Below, in pieces: positions 46,006 through 55,409 of a stretch of DNA of 64,000 nucleotides. The stretch covers positions 16,849 to 80,848 of the forward strand of contig JASJPE010000014.1 in NCBI GenBank assembly GCA_031426895.1. Reading direction: 5' to 3'. This DNA is from Thiobacillus sp. (GTDB taxonomy: Bacteria; Pseudomonadota; Gammaproteobacteria; Burkholderiales; Thiobacillaceae). A program made the position numbers and the translations under genes. Within the stretch, counting starts at the first letter, position 1. Each line of letters opens with the position of its first letter. Under the pieces are notes generated by a model that worked only from the letters and a program-made list of their open reading frames with translations, was not told the DNA's origin and ran no database searches.

Positions 46006-46961
46006 TGCGGGCGGGAGTGGCCTGGCAGCGCGCTTGGCTTGCTATCGGGCTGAGTGGGTTGCTGGTTGTGTCTGCTACCGCATACGCCGATGCAGCCCTC
46101 GACTGGCTTAATCGAGCCGCCGCCGCGACCAAACAGCTGAATTACAGTGGCATCTATGTGTATCACCAGGGTGAACACGTCGAAGTGCAACGCGTATTGC
46201 ATCGTGTTGACGCGAGTGGTGAGCAGGAAAAAATCGAGGTCATGGACGGCACGCCACGTCAGTTCCTGAGGATCAACAACGATGTGTATTGCCATCTGCC
46301 GGATGGCAAGCATGTGCGACTGGAACGCAATACGCTCCGGCGTTTTTTTCCGGCTTTGTTGCCCGCGCAACCAGCGGGCCTGCTTGAATATTACGAAGCG
46401 AAACTGGGTGGTATCGAACGGGTGGCAGGGCGGGCTTGCCAGGTGGTGTCGCTGGAACCCCGTGATGGCTATCGGTATGCCTATCACCTGTGGCTGGACA
46501 AGCAAACCGGGTTGCCGCTTAAATCACGCATGATCAACGGCAACGGCGGTGTGGTGTCGATGTTTGTATTCTCGGAAGTTCAAATAGGAAAGGCACCGGC
46601 CCCCCAGATTTTTGTCAACGATTTGACGGGCAAGATCGTGCAGAAAGCCGCTTTTGACAAGCCGGCCGAGGTGGCCTGGAATGTGGAGCCGCCGCCGGGC
46701 TTTGTTCGGGTACAGGAGGCCGTGCGGGTGTTCCCGGGCAAAAAGGCACCCGTGACCCATCTGGTGTTTTCGGATGGACTGAGTGTGCTGTCGATGTTTG
46801 TGGAGCCGATCAACCCCCAGGCGCAACGTTTGCAGGGTTTGTCGGCAGAAGGCGTGATTGGCGTGTATGCGCGTGAAGTCGATGGCTACACAGTGACGAC
46901 CCTGGGAGAAGTGCCGAACATGGCGCTGATCGAAACGGGTAACTCGGTCGAGAAAAGGTGA
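46005..46961 (+). CDS. rseB: sigma-E regulatory protein RseB/MucB
   Basis: 318 aa. Signal peptide, A..WL.R...A...LNYSG.YVY, and LWLD..TGLPLK motifs. Confidence 0.9.
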   Translation: MRAGVAWQRAWLAIGLSGLLVVSATAYADAALDWLNRAAAATKQLNYSGIYVYHQGEHVEVQRVLHRVDASGEQEKIEVMDGTPRQFLRINNDVYCHLPDGKHVRLERNTLRRFFPALLPAQPAGLLEYYEAKLGGIERVAGRACQVVSLEPRDGYRYAYHLWLDKQTGLPLKSRMINGNGGVVSMFVFSEVQIGKAPAPQIFVNDLTGKIVQKAAFDKPAEVAWNVEPPPGFVRVQEAVRVFPGKKAPVTHLVFSDGLSVLSMFVEPINPQAQRLQGLSAEGVIGVYAREVDGYTVTTLGEVPNMALIETGNSVEKR

Positions 46962-47425
46962 GCGCAGCCATGCTGGAACAAACGGCCGAGGTGATGAGAA
47001 CGGCATCGGATGGCGTATGGGTGCAGGCTGTCGAGCCATCCGGATGTGGTACTTGCGGGGGCCAGGGTTGCTCGTCCAGGCGCATCACCGAGCTGTTTCA
47101 GAGAAAACCCCGTCATTTCCTGGTCGATTGCGATTTGTCGCTTTCACCGGGTGACCGCGTGGTGGTCGGTATTGCCGAGGGCAGTGTGCTCAGGAGCGCA
47201 TTGCGGGCATACGGTCTGCCGTTGGGCCTGATGCTCTCAGGCGCATTGTTGGCGCAGGCCATACAGCCAGGAGACGGTGCGGCCTTGTCGGGCATGGTGC
47301 TGGGCGGCCTGGCTGGCTGGGTGGTCGCACGTGGCGGTCGCGCGGCACGCCCCATGGTGCTCAGGCGCGAGGCGGCCAAGCGCGAGGAAATCAAGCGTGT
47401 TTGTCTGAAGAAAGGAAGCTCATGA
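46958..47425 (+). CDS. rseC: RseC/MucC family protein
   Basis: 155 aa. N-terminal Cys cluster SGCGTCGGQGCS and two C-terminal TM helices. Confidence 0.85.
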   Translation: MSAAMLEQTAEVMRTASDGVWVQAVEPSGCGTCGGQGCSSRRITELFQRKPRHFLVDCDLSLSPGDRVVVGIAEGSVLRSALRAYGLPLGLMLSGALLAQAIQPGDGAALSGMVLGGLAGWVVARGGRAARPMVLRREAAKREEIKRVCLKKGSS

Positions 47426-48813
47426 TGAAAGCGGTTCTGGCAGCGGCAGCGCTGGCATTGACCCTGTCCATGCCTACGTTCGCCAAAGACGTGGTGGATG
47501 TGGCGGATCTGGTTGAAAAACAGGGCCCGGCGGTGGTCAATATCAGTACAACCAAAATGGTGAAACGTAACCCCGGTGGGTTGCCATTCGTGATTCCTGA
47601 CGAAGCGGATTTGCAGGAGTTTTTTCGCCGCTTTTTCCCCGGCGGGCCGGGTGGACAGGGCGGGCCGATGCAGGATGTTCCTGCCCACGGTGAAGGCTCG
47701 GGCTTCATTGTCAGCGGCGATGGCTACATCCTGACCAATGCGCATGTGGTCAAGGATGCCGATGAGGTTGTGGTCAAGTTGATCGACAAGCGCAAATTCA
47801 CGGCCAAGGTGGTGGGTACGGATACGCGAACCGATGTGGCTGTAATAAAAATCACGGCAGCAGGCCTGCCAGTCGTCAAACTGGGCGACCCTACCAAACT
47901 GCGCGTCGGTGAAGCGGTGGCGGCAATCGGCTCGCCATTTGGTTTCGAGAACTCGGTTACCGCAGGCATCGTGTCGGCGAAGGGGCGCTCGTTGCCATCC
48001 GAGAATTATGTGCCCTATATCCAGACGGATGTGGCGATCAATCCCGGCAATTCGGGTGGGCCCCTGTTCAATATGAAGGGCGAGGTGGTGGGGATCAACT
48101 CGCAGATATACAGCCGCAGCGGCGGTTATCAGGGGGTGTCGTTCGCGATCCCGATCGATGTGGCGATGGAAGTGGTGGACCAGTTGAAAACCGGCGGCAA
48201 GGTGTCGCGTGGTTGGTTGGGGGTGGTGATTCAGGAAGTGAGCGCTGATTTGGCTGAATCATTTGGCCTGGATCGCCCGCGTGGTGCGCTGGTGTCGCAG
48301 GTGCAGGATGACAGCCCCGCGGGTAAGGCGGGCTTGCTGGCATCCGACGTGATCCTGGCATTCAATGGCAAGGCTGTGGAAAACTCGGGCGATTTGCCGC
48401 GCATGGTGGGGATGGCCAAGCCTGGCACCAAAATCCAGATGGATATCTGGCGCAAGGGTAAAACCCAGCAGGTGAGCGTGGTGTTGGGTGAGCTTCCGAC
48501 CGAGATTCAGGTGGGCAGCAAGGACAGCAAGTCCTTTTCGCGTGGCGGGCTGGCTTTGTCGGAGTTAAGCGCAGAACAACGCCGGATGCTGGACCTCGAT
48601 CACGGCGTGCTGGTTGAAGACGCCACCGGTGATGCGGCGCGTTCAGGCATTCGTACGGGGGATGTCATTCTGGCAGTGAATAATATCAAGATATCCTCGG
48701 TGGCCGGCTTCCGCAAAGCCATTGCTGCGGTGCCGGTTGGCAAGAGTGCGGCCATTCTGGTCCGGCGCGGCGAAGGCTCGTTATATGTTCCGCTGAAAAT
48801 CACCGGTGAGTAA
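47422..48813 (+). CDS. degP: DegP/DegQ/MucD-family periplasmic serine endoprotease
   Basis: Signal peptide. Catalytic triad contexts TNAHVV, DVAVIK and GNSGGPLFN. Two PDZ domains. The ATG overlaps the rseC stop (ATGA). Confidence 0.93.
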   Translation: MMKAVLAAAALALTLSMPTFAKDVVDVADLVEKQGPAVVNISTTKMVKRNPGGLPFVIPDEADLQEFFRRFFPGGPGGQGGPMQDVPAHGEGSGFIVSGDGYILTNAHVVKDADEVVVKLIDKRKFTAKVVGTDTRTDVAVIKITAAGLPVVKLGDPTKLRVGEAVAAIGSPFGFENSVTAGIVSAKGRSLPSENYVPYIQTDVAINPGNSGGPLFNMKGEVVGINSQIYSRSGGYQGVSFAIPIDVAMEVVDQLKTGGKVSRGWLGVVIQEVSADLAESFGLDRPRGALVSQVQDDSPAGKAGLLASDVILAFNGKAVENSGDLPRMVGMAKPGTKIQMDIWRKGKTQQVSVVLGELPTEIQVGSKDSKSFSRGGLALSELSAEQRRMLDLDHGVLVEDATGDAARSGIRTGDVILAVNNIKISSVAGFRKAIAAVPVGKSAAILVRRGEGSLYVPLKITGE

Positions 48814-49051
48814 AAGACTCACGCTCTACACGCGGACGGGTTGCCCGTTGTGTGAAGAGATGGAATCGCATGTGATTGAATTGATGGGGGAAAGCGGGCA
48901 TGTCCTGACTTCTGTCGATGTCGATGCGGATCCTGCGCTCAAGGCCCGATACGGTTGGGACGTGCCTTTGCTGTTCGATGGTGACGCGGAGCTTTGCCGT
49001 CACCAGCTTAATCTGCCAGTGTTTCAGGCATGGCTGCGCGCCAACGCCTAA
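48806..49051 (+). CDS. glutaredoxin-like (DUF836) protein
   Basis: 81 aa. LTLYTRTGCPLCEEM CxxC. The GTG start overlaps the end of degP by 8 nt. Confidence 0.8.
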   Translation: MSKRLTLYTRTGCPLCEEMESHVIELMGESGHVLTSVDVDADPALKARYGWDVPLLFDGDAELCRHQLNLPVFQAWLRANA

Positions 49052-49115
49052 AATCCGTTAAAATTCTGCTAGTTATCTCATCCCTAGCCGGGCACGGAAA
49101 CGTGCCCGTTTTGCT

Positions 49116-50915
49116 GTGTCGCAGAATCTGACCCGTAATTTCTCCATCATCGCCCATATCGATCACGGCAAGTCCACGCTGGCTGATCGTTTGATCCAGC
49201 ACTGCGGTGGCCTCTCCGAGCGTGAAATGGAAGCGCAAGTGCTTGATTCCATGGATCTGGAAAAAGAGCGTGGCATTACCATCAAGGCGCAGACCGCCGC
49301 GCTGAGCTACAAGGCGCAGGATGGCAAGGTCTACCGATTGAACCTGATCGACACCCCGGGGCATGTCGACTTTTCTTACGAGGTGTCGCGCTCGCTGTCA
49401 GCCTGCGAAGGCGCGTTGCTGGTGGTCGATGCCTCGCAGGGGGTGGAAGCGCAGACGGTGGCCAACTGCTACACCGCGATTGACCTCGGTGTTGAGGTGA
49501 TCCCGGTACTTAACAAGATCGACCTGCCGGCAGCCGATCCGGATCGGGTAGCTGAGGAAATCGAGGACATCGTGGGCCTGGATGCTTCCGAAGCGGTACG
49601 TGCCTCGGCCAAGAGCGGTATTGGCATCCCCGAAATCCTCGAAGTGGTGGTGAAGCAGGTGCCGCCGCCGCGTGGCGACGAATCGGCTCCACTCAAGGCG
49701 CTGATCATTGATTCGTGGTTCGACAACTACGTCGGTGTGGTGATGCTGGTGCGGGTGGTCGATGGCGTGTTGAAGCCCAAGGACAAGATCCGTTTCATGG
49801 CGAGCGGCGCACAACACCAGACCGAACATGTCGGTGTGTTCACCCCCAAATCAGTCGATAAACCGCAGCTTTCGGCGGGTGACGTCGGCTTTGTGATTGC
49901 CGGCATCAAGGAACTCAAAGCGGCCCAGGTGGGCGATACCATTACCCTGCTTGACCGACCGGCAACTGAGGCCCTGCCCGGTTTCAAGAAGGTTCAGTCA
50001 CAGGTTTTTGCCGGCTTGTATCCAGTTGAGTCGCACGATTTCGAGTCGCTCCGCGATGCGTTGACCAAGCTGCAGTTGAACGATGCAGCGTTGCAGTTCG
50101 AGCCAGAAGTTTCGCAAGCGCTGGGATTCGGTTTCCGGTGCGGTTTCCTCGGCTTGCTGCACATGGATATTGTGCAGGAGCGGCTGGAACGCGAATACGA
50201 CATGGATCTGATCACCACCGCACCGACGGTGGTGTACGAGGTGCTGATGAAGGATGGCACCATGGTCCATGTCGAAAACCCGTTCAAGCTCCCGGAGCTG
50301 TCGAAGATCGAGGAAATCCGCGAACCCATCATCACCGCGACGATTTTCGTGCCCGAGGAATACGTCGGCAACGTGATCACCCTGTGTAACCAGAAGCGCG
50401 GGATGCAGGTGAACATGCAGTACCACGGCAGACAGGTCATGCTGGTGTATGACCTGCCGATGAACGAAGTGGTGATGGATTTCTTCGACAAGCTGAAATC
50501 AACCAGCCGTGGCTATGCTTCGCTTGATTACGAATTCAAGGAATACCGCGCGGGCGATCTGGTCAAGCTCGATATTCTGGTCAACAACGAAAAGGTCGAT
50601 GCGCTATCGCTGATCGTGCACCGTGCCACCAGCGTCTATCGCGGGCGCGAACTGGCATCGAAAATGCGTGAACTGATCCCGCGCCAGATGTTCGACGTGG
50701 CCGTGCAGGCGGCCATTGGCGCCAACATCATCGCGCGTGAAAACGTCAAGGCGCTGCGCAAGAACGTGCTGGCCAAATGCTACGGTGGCGACATCACGCG
50801 GAAGAAAAAGCTGCTGGAAAAGCAGAAGGCCGGCAAACGCCGGATGAAGCAGGTCGGCAACGTCGAAATTCCGCAGGAAGCCTTTCTTGCAATTCTCCAG
50901 GTCTCCGATAAATAA
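49116..50915 (+). CDS. lepA: elongation factor 4
   Basis: 599 aa. [20 protein letters not shown]1 motif, DTPGH, NKID. LepA-specific C-terminal domain. Confidence 0.97.
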   Translation: MSQNLTRNFSIIAHIDHGKSTLADRLIQHCGGLSEREMEAQVLDSMDLEKERGITIKAQTAALSYKAQDGKVYRLNLIDTPGHVDFSYEVSRSLSACEGALLVVDASQGVEAQTVANCYTAIDLGVEVIPVLNKIDLPAADPDRVAEEIEDIVGLDASEAVRASAKSGIGIPEILEVVVKQVPPPRGDESAPLKALIIDSWFDNYVGVVMLVRVVDGVLKPKDKIRFMASGAQHQTEHVGVFTPKSVDKPQLSAGDVGFVIAGIKELKAAQVGDTITLLDRPATEALPGFKKVQSQVFAGLYPVESHDFESLRDALTKLQLNDAALQFEPEVSQALGFGFRCGFLGLLHMDIVQERLEREYDMDLITTAPTVVYEVLMKDGTMVHVENPFKLPELSKIEEIREPIITATIFVPEEYVGNVITLCNQKRGMQVNMQYHGRQVMLVYDLPMNEVVMDFFDKLKSTSRGYASLDYEFKEYRAGDLVKLDILVNNEKVDALSLIVHRATSVYRGRELASKMRELIPRQMFDVAVQAAIGANIIARENVKALRKNVLAKCYGGDITRKKKLLEKQKAGKRRMKQVGNVEIPQEAFLAILQVSDK

Positions 50916-50932
50916 ATCGCGGATAAACACAC

Positions 50933-51742
50933 ATGAACTTCGCCTTGATTCTTTTTGTTGCGCTAGCCATTACCGGCGGCATCTGGCTGCTTGATGCGCT
51001 GATACTCAAACGCGGTCGCGACAAGGGCGCCAGTGAGCCGATGCTGGTTGAATATGCCAAGAGCTTTTTCCCGGTCATCCTGGTGGTGTTCGGCTTGCGT
51101 TCGTTCCTGGTCGAACCGTTCAAGATTCCGTCCGGCTCGATGATGCCGACGCTGTTGATCGGCGACTTTATCCTGGTCAACAAATATACCTATGGCATTC
51201 GTCTGCCGGTGATCAACCAGAAAGTGGTCGAGATGAACAACCCCGAGCGGGGCGATGTCATGGTGTTCCGTTACCCGAACGATCCCGGCCTTGATTACAT
51301 TAAGCGTGTGATTGGTATTCCGGGCGATGTGGTCGAGTATCGCGACAAGCAACTCAGCATCAACGGCAAACCCGTGCCCAGCACCAATACCGGCACCTAC
51401 AGTTATGTCGGCAACGGGCTGAATTACATCACTGCCATGGTGTACGACGAGCACCTGAATGGCACCGGCCACACCATGATGACCGAGCCAGGTAAACCTT
51501 CTGTTTTCCCGCCGCAGGTGATGGATTTCCCATCACGTGAAAACTGCTCATACAATGCCGAGGGCGAAGGCTTCGTCTGCAAGGTGCCGGCGGGTCAGTA
51601 CTTCATGATGGGTGACAACCGCGACGCCAGCAATGACAGCCGTTACTGGGGCTTTGTGCCAGACAGGAACATCGTCGGCAAGGCATTTTTTATCTGGATG
51701 AACTTTGATGAGTTTGGCCGCATTGGCACCACCATTCGATAA
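50933..51742 (+). CDS. lepB: signal peptidase I
   Basis: 269 aa. IPSGSMMPTL serine box, YIKRVIG lysine box, GDNRD.S.DSRYWG. Confidence 0.96.
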   Translation: MNFALILFVALAITGGIWLLDALILKRGRDKGASEPMLVEYAKSFFPVILVVFGLRSFLVEPFKIPSGSMMPTLLIGDFILVNKYTYGIRLPVINQKVVEMNNPERGDVMVFRYPNDPGLDYIKRVIGIPGDVVEYRDKQLSINGKPVPSTNTGTYSYVGNGLNYITAMVYDEHLNGTGHTMMTEPGKPSVFPPQVMDFPSRENCSYNAEGEGFVCKVPAGQYFMMGDNRDASNDSRYWGFVPDRNIVGKAFFIWMNFDEFGRIGTTIR

Positions 51743-51751
51743 GGAGATAGC

Positions 51752-52153
51752 ATGCATCATTTACGTTCCATGAAATCGCAACAACGTGGTTTAAGCATGC
51801 TGGGCTTCCTCTTCGTTGCCATGATGCTGATTTTCGTGGCCATGCTGGCAATGAAACTGGTGCCGGCTTATATCGAGTTTTTTTCGGTCAAGAAAATTCT
51901 GAATACGATGGGACAGCAGTCCGATCTCAAGTCCAAGAGCAATGCGGATATTCGTAATGATTTTATCAAGCGTGCCAACGTCAGCTACGTCACGGTAGTC
52001 AAGCCGGAAGACCTTACCATCGATCGGAAAAATGGCGGGCTGGTCGTTTCCGCTGACTATGTGTTCCGTTCCAAACTCGTCGGCAACGTCAGTATTGTGG
52101 TGGATTTCAGCGCCAGTTCTGACCCCAACGCCACAGCCGCCCAGATTGAATAA
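51752..52153 (+). CDS. DUF4845-like small membrane-anchored protein
   Basis: 133 aa. QRGLSMLGFLFVAMML TM anchor. Conserved position between lepB and rnc. Confidence 0.75.
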   Translation: MHHLRSMKSQQRGLSMLGFLFVAMMLIFVAMLAMKLVPAYIEFFSVKKILNTMGQQSDLKSKSNADIRNDFIKRANVSYVTVVKPEDLTIDRKNGGLVVSADYVFRSKLVGNVSIVVDFSASSDPNATAAQIE

Positions 52154-52826
52154 TCCCCTGCTGAACCAGCGCCTGCAGCAGGCGCTGGGTTATACCTTTA
52201 TCCGCTCCGATCTGCTGGAACAGGCGCTGACGCACCGCAGCTACGGTTCTGTCAACAACGAACGCCTCGAATTCCTGGGCGATTCGGTGTTGAACTGCAC
52301 GGTTGCCCGGGCACTCTACGACGCCTTTCCTGATTTGCCCGAGGGCAGCCTGTCGCGGTTGCGCGCCAATCTGGTACGCCAGGAAACGCTGGCTGACATC
52401 GCTGTTACGCTGAAGTTGGGCGAGGTCCTGCGTCTGGGGGAGGGTGAACTCAAAAGTGGCGGTTTTCGCCGTCCTTCCATTCTGGCTGATGCACTTGAAT
52501 CCCTGTTTGGGGCCGTTTTTCTGGACGCCGGGTTCAATGAGGCGCAGCGCGTGGTGCGCGGTTTGTTCGATCCGCTGGTGGCCAAAATTGATCCCACTGC
52601 TTCGGGCAAGGATGCCAAAACCCAATTGCAGGAGATACTGCAGTCACGTCGCCTGCCCCTACCTGAGTATCGTTTGATCGGCACCCAGGGCGAGGCGCAT
52701 GACCAAAGCTTTATTGTCGAATGTGTCTTGGTCAAACCACCACTCAGCACGCGTGGCGAAGGCAAGAGCCGTCGCGCGGCCGAACAGGAAGCGGCACACC
52801 AGGCGTGTGCTACGTTACAAAAATGA
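52146..52826 (+). CDS. rnc: ribonuclease III
   Basis: The TTG start gives MNNPLLNQRLQQALGYTF....LL.QALTHRS, colinear with E. coli Rnc. Signature ERLEFLGDS. C-terminal dsRBD. The ATG at 52032 offered by the track would overlap the upstream gene by 122 nt. Confidence 0.92.
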   Translation: MNNPLLNQRLQQALGYTFIRSDLLEQALTHRSYGSVNNERLEFLGDSVLNCTVARALYDAFPDLPEGSLSRLRANLVRQETLADIAVTLKLGEVLRLGEGELKSGGFRRPSILADALESLFGAVFLDAGFNEAQRVVRGLFDPLVAKIDPTASGKDAKTQLQEILQSRRLPLPEYRLIGTQGEAHDQSFIVECVLVKPPLSTRGEGKSRRAAEQEAAHQACATLQK

Positions 52827-52841
52827 ACAGGCTGCACAAAC

Positions 52842-53726
52842 ATGAGTGAATATAAATGCGGCCTCGTCGCCATTGTTGGACGGCCGAACGTCGGCAAGTC
52901 CACTCTGCTGAACCGTATCGTCGGGCAGAAAATCAGCATCACCTCACGCAAGGCGCAAACCACACGCCATCGTGTGATGGGGGTTCACACCACTGACGAA
53001 GCGCAGTTTGTCTTTGTTGATACGCCAGGTTTTCAAACCCGTCATACCAACACGATGAACCGCACCATGAACAAGCGTGTGCGCGAAACCTTATCGGACA
53101 CCGATGTGGTGATGATGCTGGTGGAGGCGGGGCGGCTAACTAACGAAGATCGCCAGGTGATGGAGTTGCTGCCTAAGGATCGCCCGTTGATTCTGGTCGT
53201 CAACAAGATCGATTCCGTCAAGGATCGCGGGGTGCTGATGGCCTATCTGCAGGAAGCTTCAGCCGCACATGCGTTTACTGAAATTGTTCCGGTGTCGGCC
53301 AAGCAAAGTAACAATCTCGACGAATTGTTGAAAGTGGTGCAGGTCCACCTGCCAGAAAATGCACCTTTGTTTGGCGAGGATGATGTCACCGACCAGACTG
53401 AACGCCAGTTGGCTGCCGAGCTCATACGTGAAAAAGTGTTTCGCCTGAGTGGCGAGGAAATCCCCTACGGCGTGGCTGTCCAGATCGACAAGTTCGAGGA
53501 AGAGGGTAATCTGCGACGCATTTTTGCCACCATTCTGGTTGACCGCGAAGGTCATAAAGCCATCCTTATCGGCAAGGGCGGTGAAAAACTCAAAACCATC
53601 TCCACCCAGGCGCGGCTCGATATGGAACACGCGTTCGACAGCAAGGTGTATCTGGAAGTCTGGGTCAAGGTCAAAGGCGGTTGGGCAGACGACGTGCGCA
53701 TGCTGAAGTCGCTGGGTCTGGATTGA
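52842..53726 (+). CDS. era: GTPase Era
   Basis: 294 aa. GRPNVGKSTL, DTPG, NKID. C-terminal KH domain with IILVDREGHKAILIGKGG. Confidence 0.96.
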   Translation: MSEYKCGLVAIVGRPNVGKSTLLNRIVGQKISITSRKAQTTRHRVMGVHTTDEAQFVFVDTPGFQTRHTNTMNRTMNKRVRETLSDTDVVMMLVEAGRLTNEDRQVMELLPKDRPLILVVNKIDSVKDRGVLMAYLQEASAAHAFTEIVPVSAKQSNNLDELLKVVQVHLPENAPLFGEDDVTDQTERQLAAELIREKVFRLSGEEIPYGVAVQIDKFEEEGNLRRIFATILVDREGHKAILIGKGGEKLKTISTQARLDMEHAFDSKVYLEVWVKVKGGWADDVRMLKSLGLD

Positions 53727-53734
53727 AAATCTTC

Positions 53735-53872
53735 ATCCGCGAATACCCAAAGGGCATAAAGGGCGCGAAGGGACGCGAAGATAAAATCTTGGAAATGCAG
53801 AGTCGCTCCATGGGCAAAGCTTTTATCTTTGTGGTTCTGGTTTTCTTCGCGCCTCTTCGCGTCCTTCGCGGA
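53735..53872. repeat. 138-bp imperfect palindromic repeat element in the era-recO spacer
   Basis: ATCCGCGAA...GGGCGCGAAGGGACGCGAAGATAAAA pairs with TTTTATCTT...CTTCGCGCCTCTTCGCGTCCTTCGCGGAT. CGCGAAG motifs are reiterated. Confidence 0.65.
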
Positions 53873-53881
53873 TAAAAAAGT

Positions 53882-54613
53882 ATGTCGACTGACGCCCGCA
53901 TCAACAACGAGCCTGGTTTCATCCTCCACACCTATCCGTTCAAGGAAACCAGCGTGGTGGCGGAGGTTTTTACCCGCAGCCACGGGCGGGTTGCCTTGAT
54001 TGCGCGCGGCGCGCGACGCCCCACTTCTGCCCTGCGCGGGCTGATGCAGCCCTTCACTCCGTTGCTGCTGTCATGGTTCGGCAAATCCGAACTGAAAACC
54101 CTGCATGCAGCCGAATGGCAGGGCGGCTTGATGGCGCCGCAAGGGCGTGCGCTGATGTGCGGGTTTTATCTCAACGAATTGATGTTGCGGCTCCTCGCAC
54201 GCGGCGATGCGCACGAGGTGCTGTACGACCGTTTCATTGCCACGCTGGAGCAGTTGGCAGGCGAGGTATGCAACACGGATTACGAGCGCATACTGCGACG
54301 CTTTGAGAAGAATCTGCTCTCCGAGATCGGCTATGGCGCTACCTTTGATGTGGACGCCGATACGGGCTCCCCGATCGAGCCGCATGATCATTATGTATTT
54401 CAGCCTGAACGTGGGGCGCTGCGTGCATCTGGCCAGCCGGGTTGTCCGGTATCAGGCCAGACGCTGATCGACCTGGCGGCCGATCAATTCGAGCGTCAGG
54501 TCACGCTGACCGAGGCCAAGGCGCTGATGCGCACCCTGATCAACCACACGCTGGGCGGCAAGCCGCTTTATACTCGCCAGCTATTGCGCGACCTTACCGA
54601 ATTAAATCTATGA
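53882..54613 (+). CDS. recO: DNA repair protein RecO
   Basis: 243 aa. [13 protein letters not shown].....FT..HGR start and position downstream of era. Confidence 0.9.
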   Translation: MSTDARINNEPGFILHTYPFKETSVVAEVFTRSHGRVALIARGARRPTSALRGLMQPFTPLLLSWFGKSELKTLHAAEWQGGLMAPQGRALMCGFYLNELMLRLLARGDAHEVLYDRFIATLEQLAGEVCNTDYERILRRFEKNLLSEIGYGATFDVDADTGSPIEPHDHYVFQPERGALRASGQPGCPVSGQTLIDLAADQFERQVTLTEAKALMRTLINHTLGGKPLYTRQLLRDLTELNL

Positions 54614-55338
54614 GCATCTTTCTCGGCGTCAACATCGACCACATTGCCACCTTGCGTCAGGCGCGCAAAACCCGTTATCCCAGCCCGGTCGAAGCCGCGC
54701 TGATGGCGGAAACCGCCGGTGCCGATTCGATCACCCTGCATCTGCGTGAAGACCGCCGCCATATCCAGGATGCCGATGTCGCCATCCTGCGTCAGGCGCT
54801 CAAAACCAGGATGAACCTGGAAATGGCCGTCACTGACGAAATGCTGGGCATTGCCTGTGCTACGCAGCCTCAGGATGTATGCCTGGTCCCGGAAAAGCGC
54901 GAAGAACTCACCACCGAAGGCGGGCTCGATGTGGCCGGCCAGCAAGCCAAAATTCAATCGGCATGCACGCGGCTGGCGGATGCCGGTATACGGGTATCGC
55001 TGTTCATCGATGCCGATACGGTGCAACTTGATGCCGCACGCTCCGTCGGTGCACCCGTGGTCGAGATTCATACCGGTGCGTATGCCGATGCGTTCACTGA
55101 TGCCGCGCGCGTGGTGGAATTTGAACGCATTCGCAAGGCCGTGGCTTATGGCCGCAGCATCGGCCTCACCGTGAATGCCGGGCACGGGCTGACCTATCAC
55201 AACGTGCAGCCGATTGCAGCGCTGCCGGGTATCCATGAACTCAATATCGGTCACGCCATTGTTGCGCAGGCCCTGTTCGTGGGCTGGAAAGACGCCGTGG
55301 CGGAGATGAAGCGGCTCATGGTGGAAGCCACAGGCTGA
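54610..55338 (+). CDS. pdxJ: pyridoxine 5'-phosphate synthase
   Basis: [35 protein letters not shown] and NAGHGL motifs. ATGA overlap with recO. Confidence 0.96.
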   Translation: MSIFLGVNIDHIATLRQARKTRYPSPVEAALMAETAGADSITLHLREDRRHIQDADVAILRQALKTRMNLEMAVTDEMLGIACATQPQDVCLVPEKREELTTEGGLDVAGQQAKIQSACTRLADAGIRVSLFIDADTVQLDAARSVGAPVVEIHTGAYADAFTDAARVVEFERIRKAVAYGRSIGLTVNAGHGLTYHNVQPIAALPGIHELNIGHAIVAQALFVGWKDAVAEMKRLMVEATG

Positions 55339-55409
55339 CTCGGGCACTTTCCACACCAGTTTCTGCATCTCCAGCAAATTCAGGTAAGGCATTGCGTCCA
55401 AAAGGCATC

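Noticed and set aside
52032-52145. ATG start for rnc offered by the ORF track
   Set aside because: It would overlap the DUF4845-like gene by 122 nt and add a non-homologous N-terminus. The TTG at 52146 reproduces the canonical Rnc N-terminus.
54568-55401. 277-aa minus-strand ORF opposite pdxJ. The similar antisense ORFs at 56406-57185 and 55749-56402 opposite kup fall in the same class.
   Set aside because: These are shadow ORFs of confidently identified genes.
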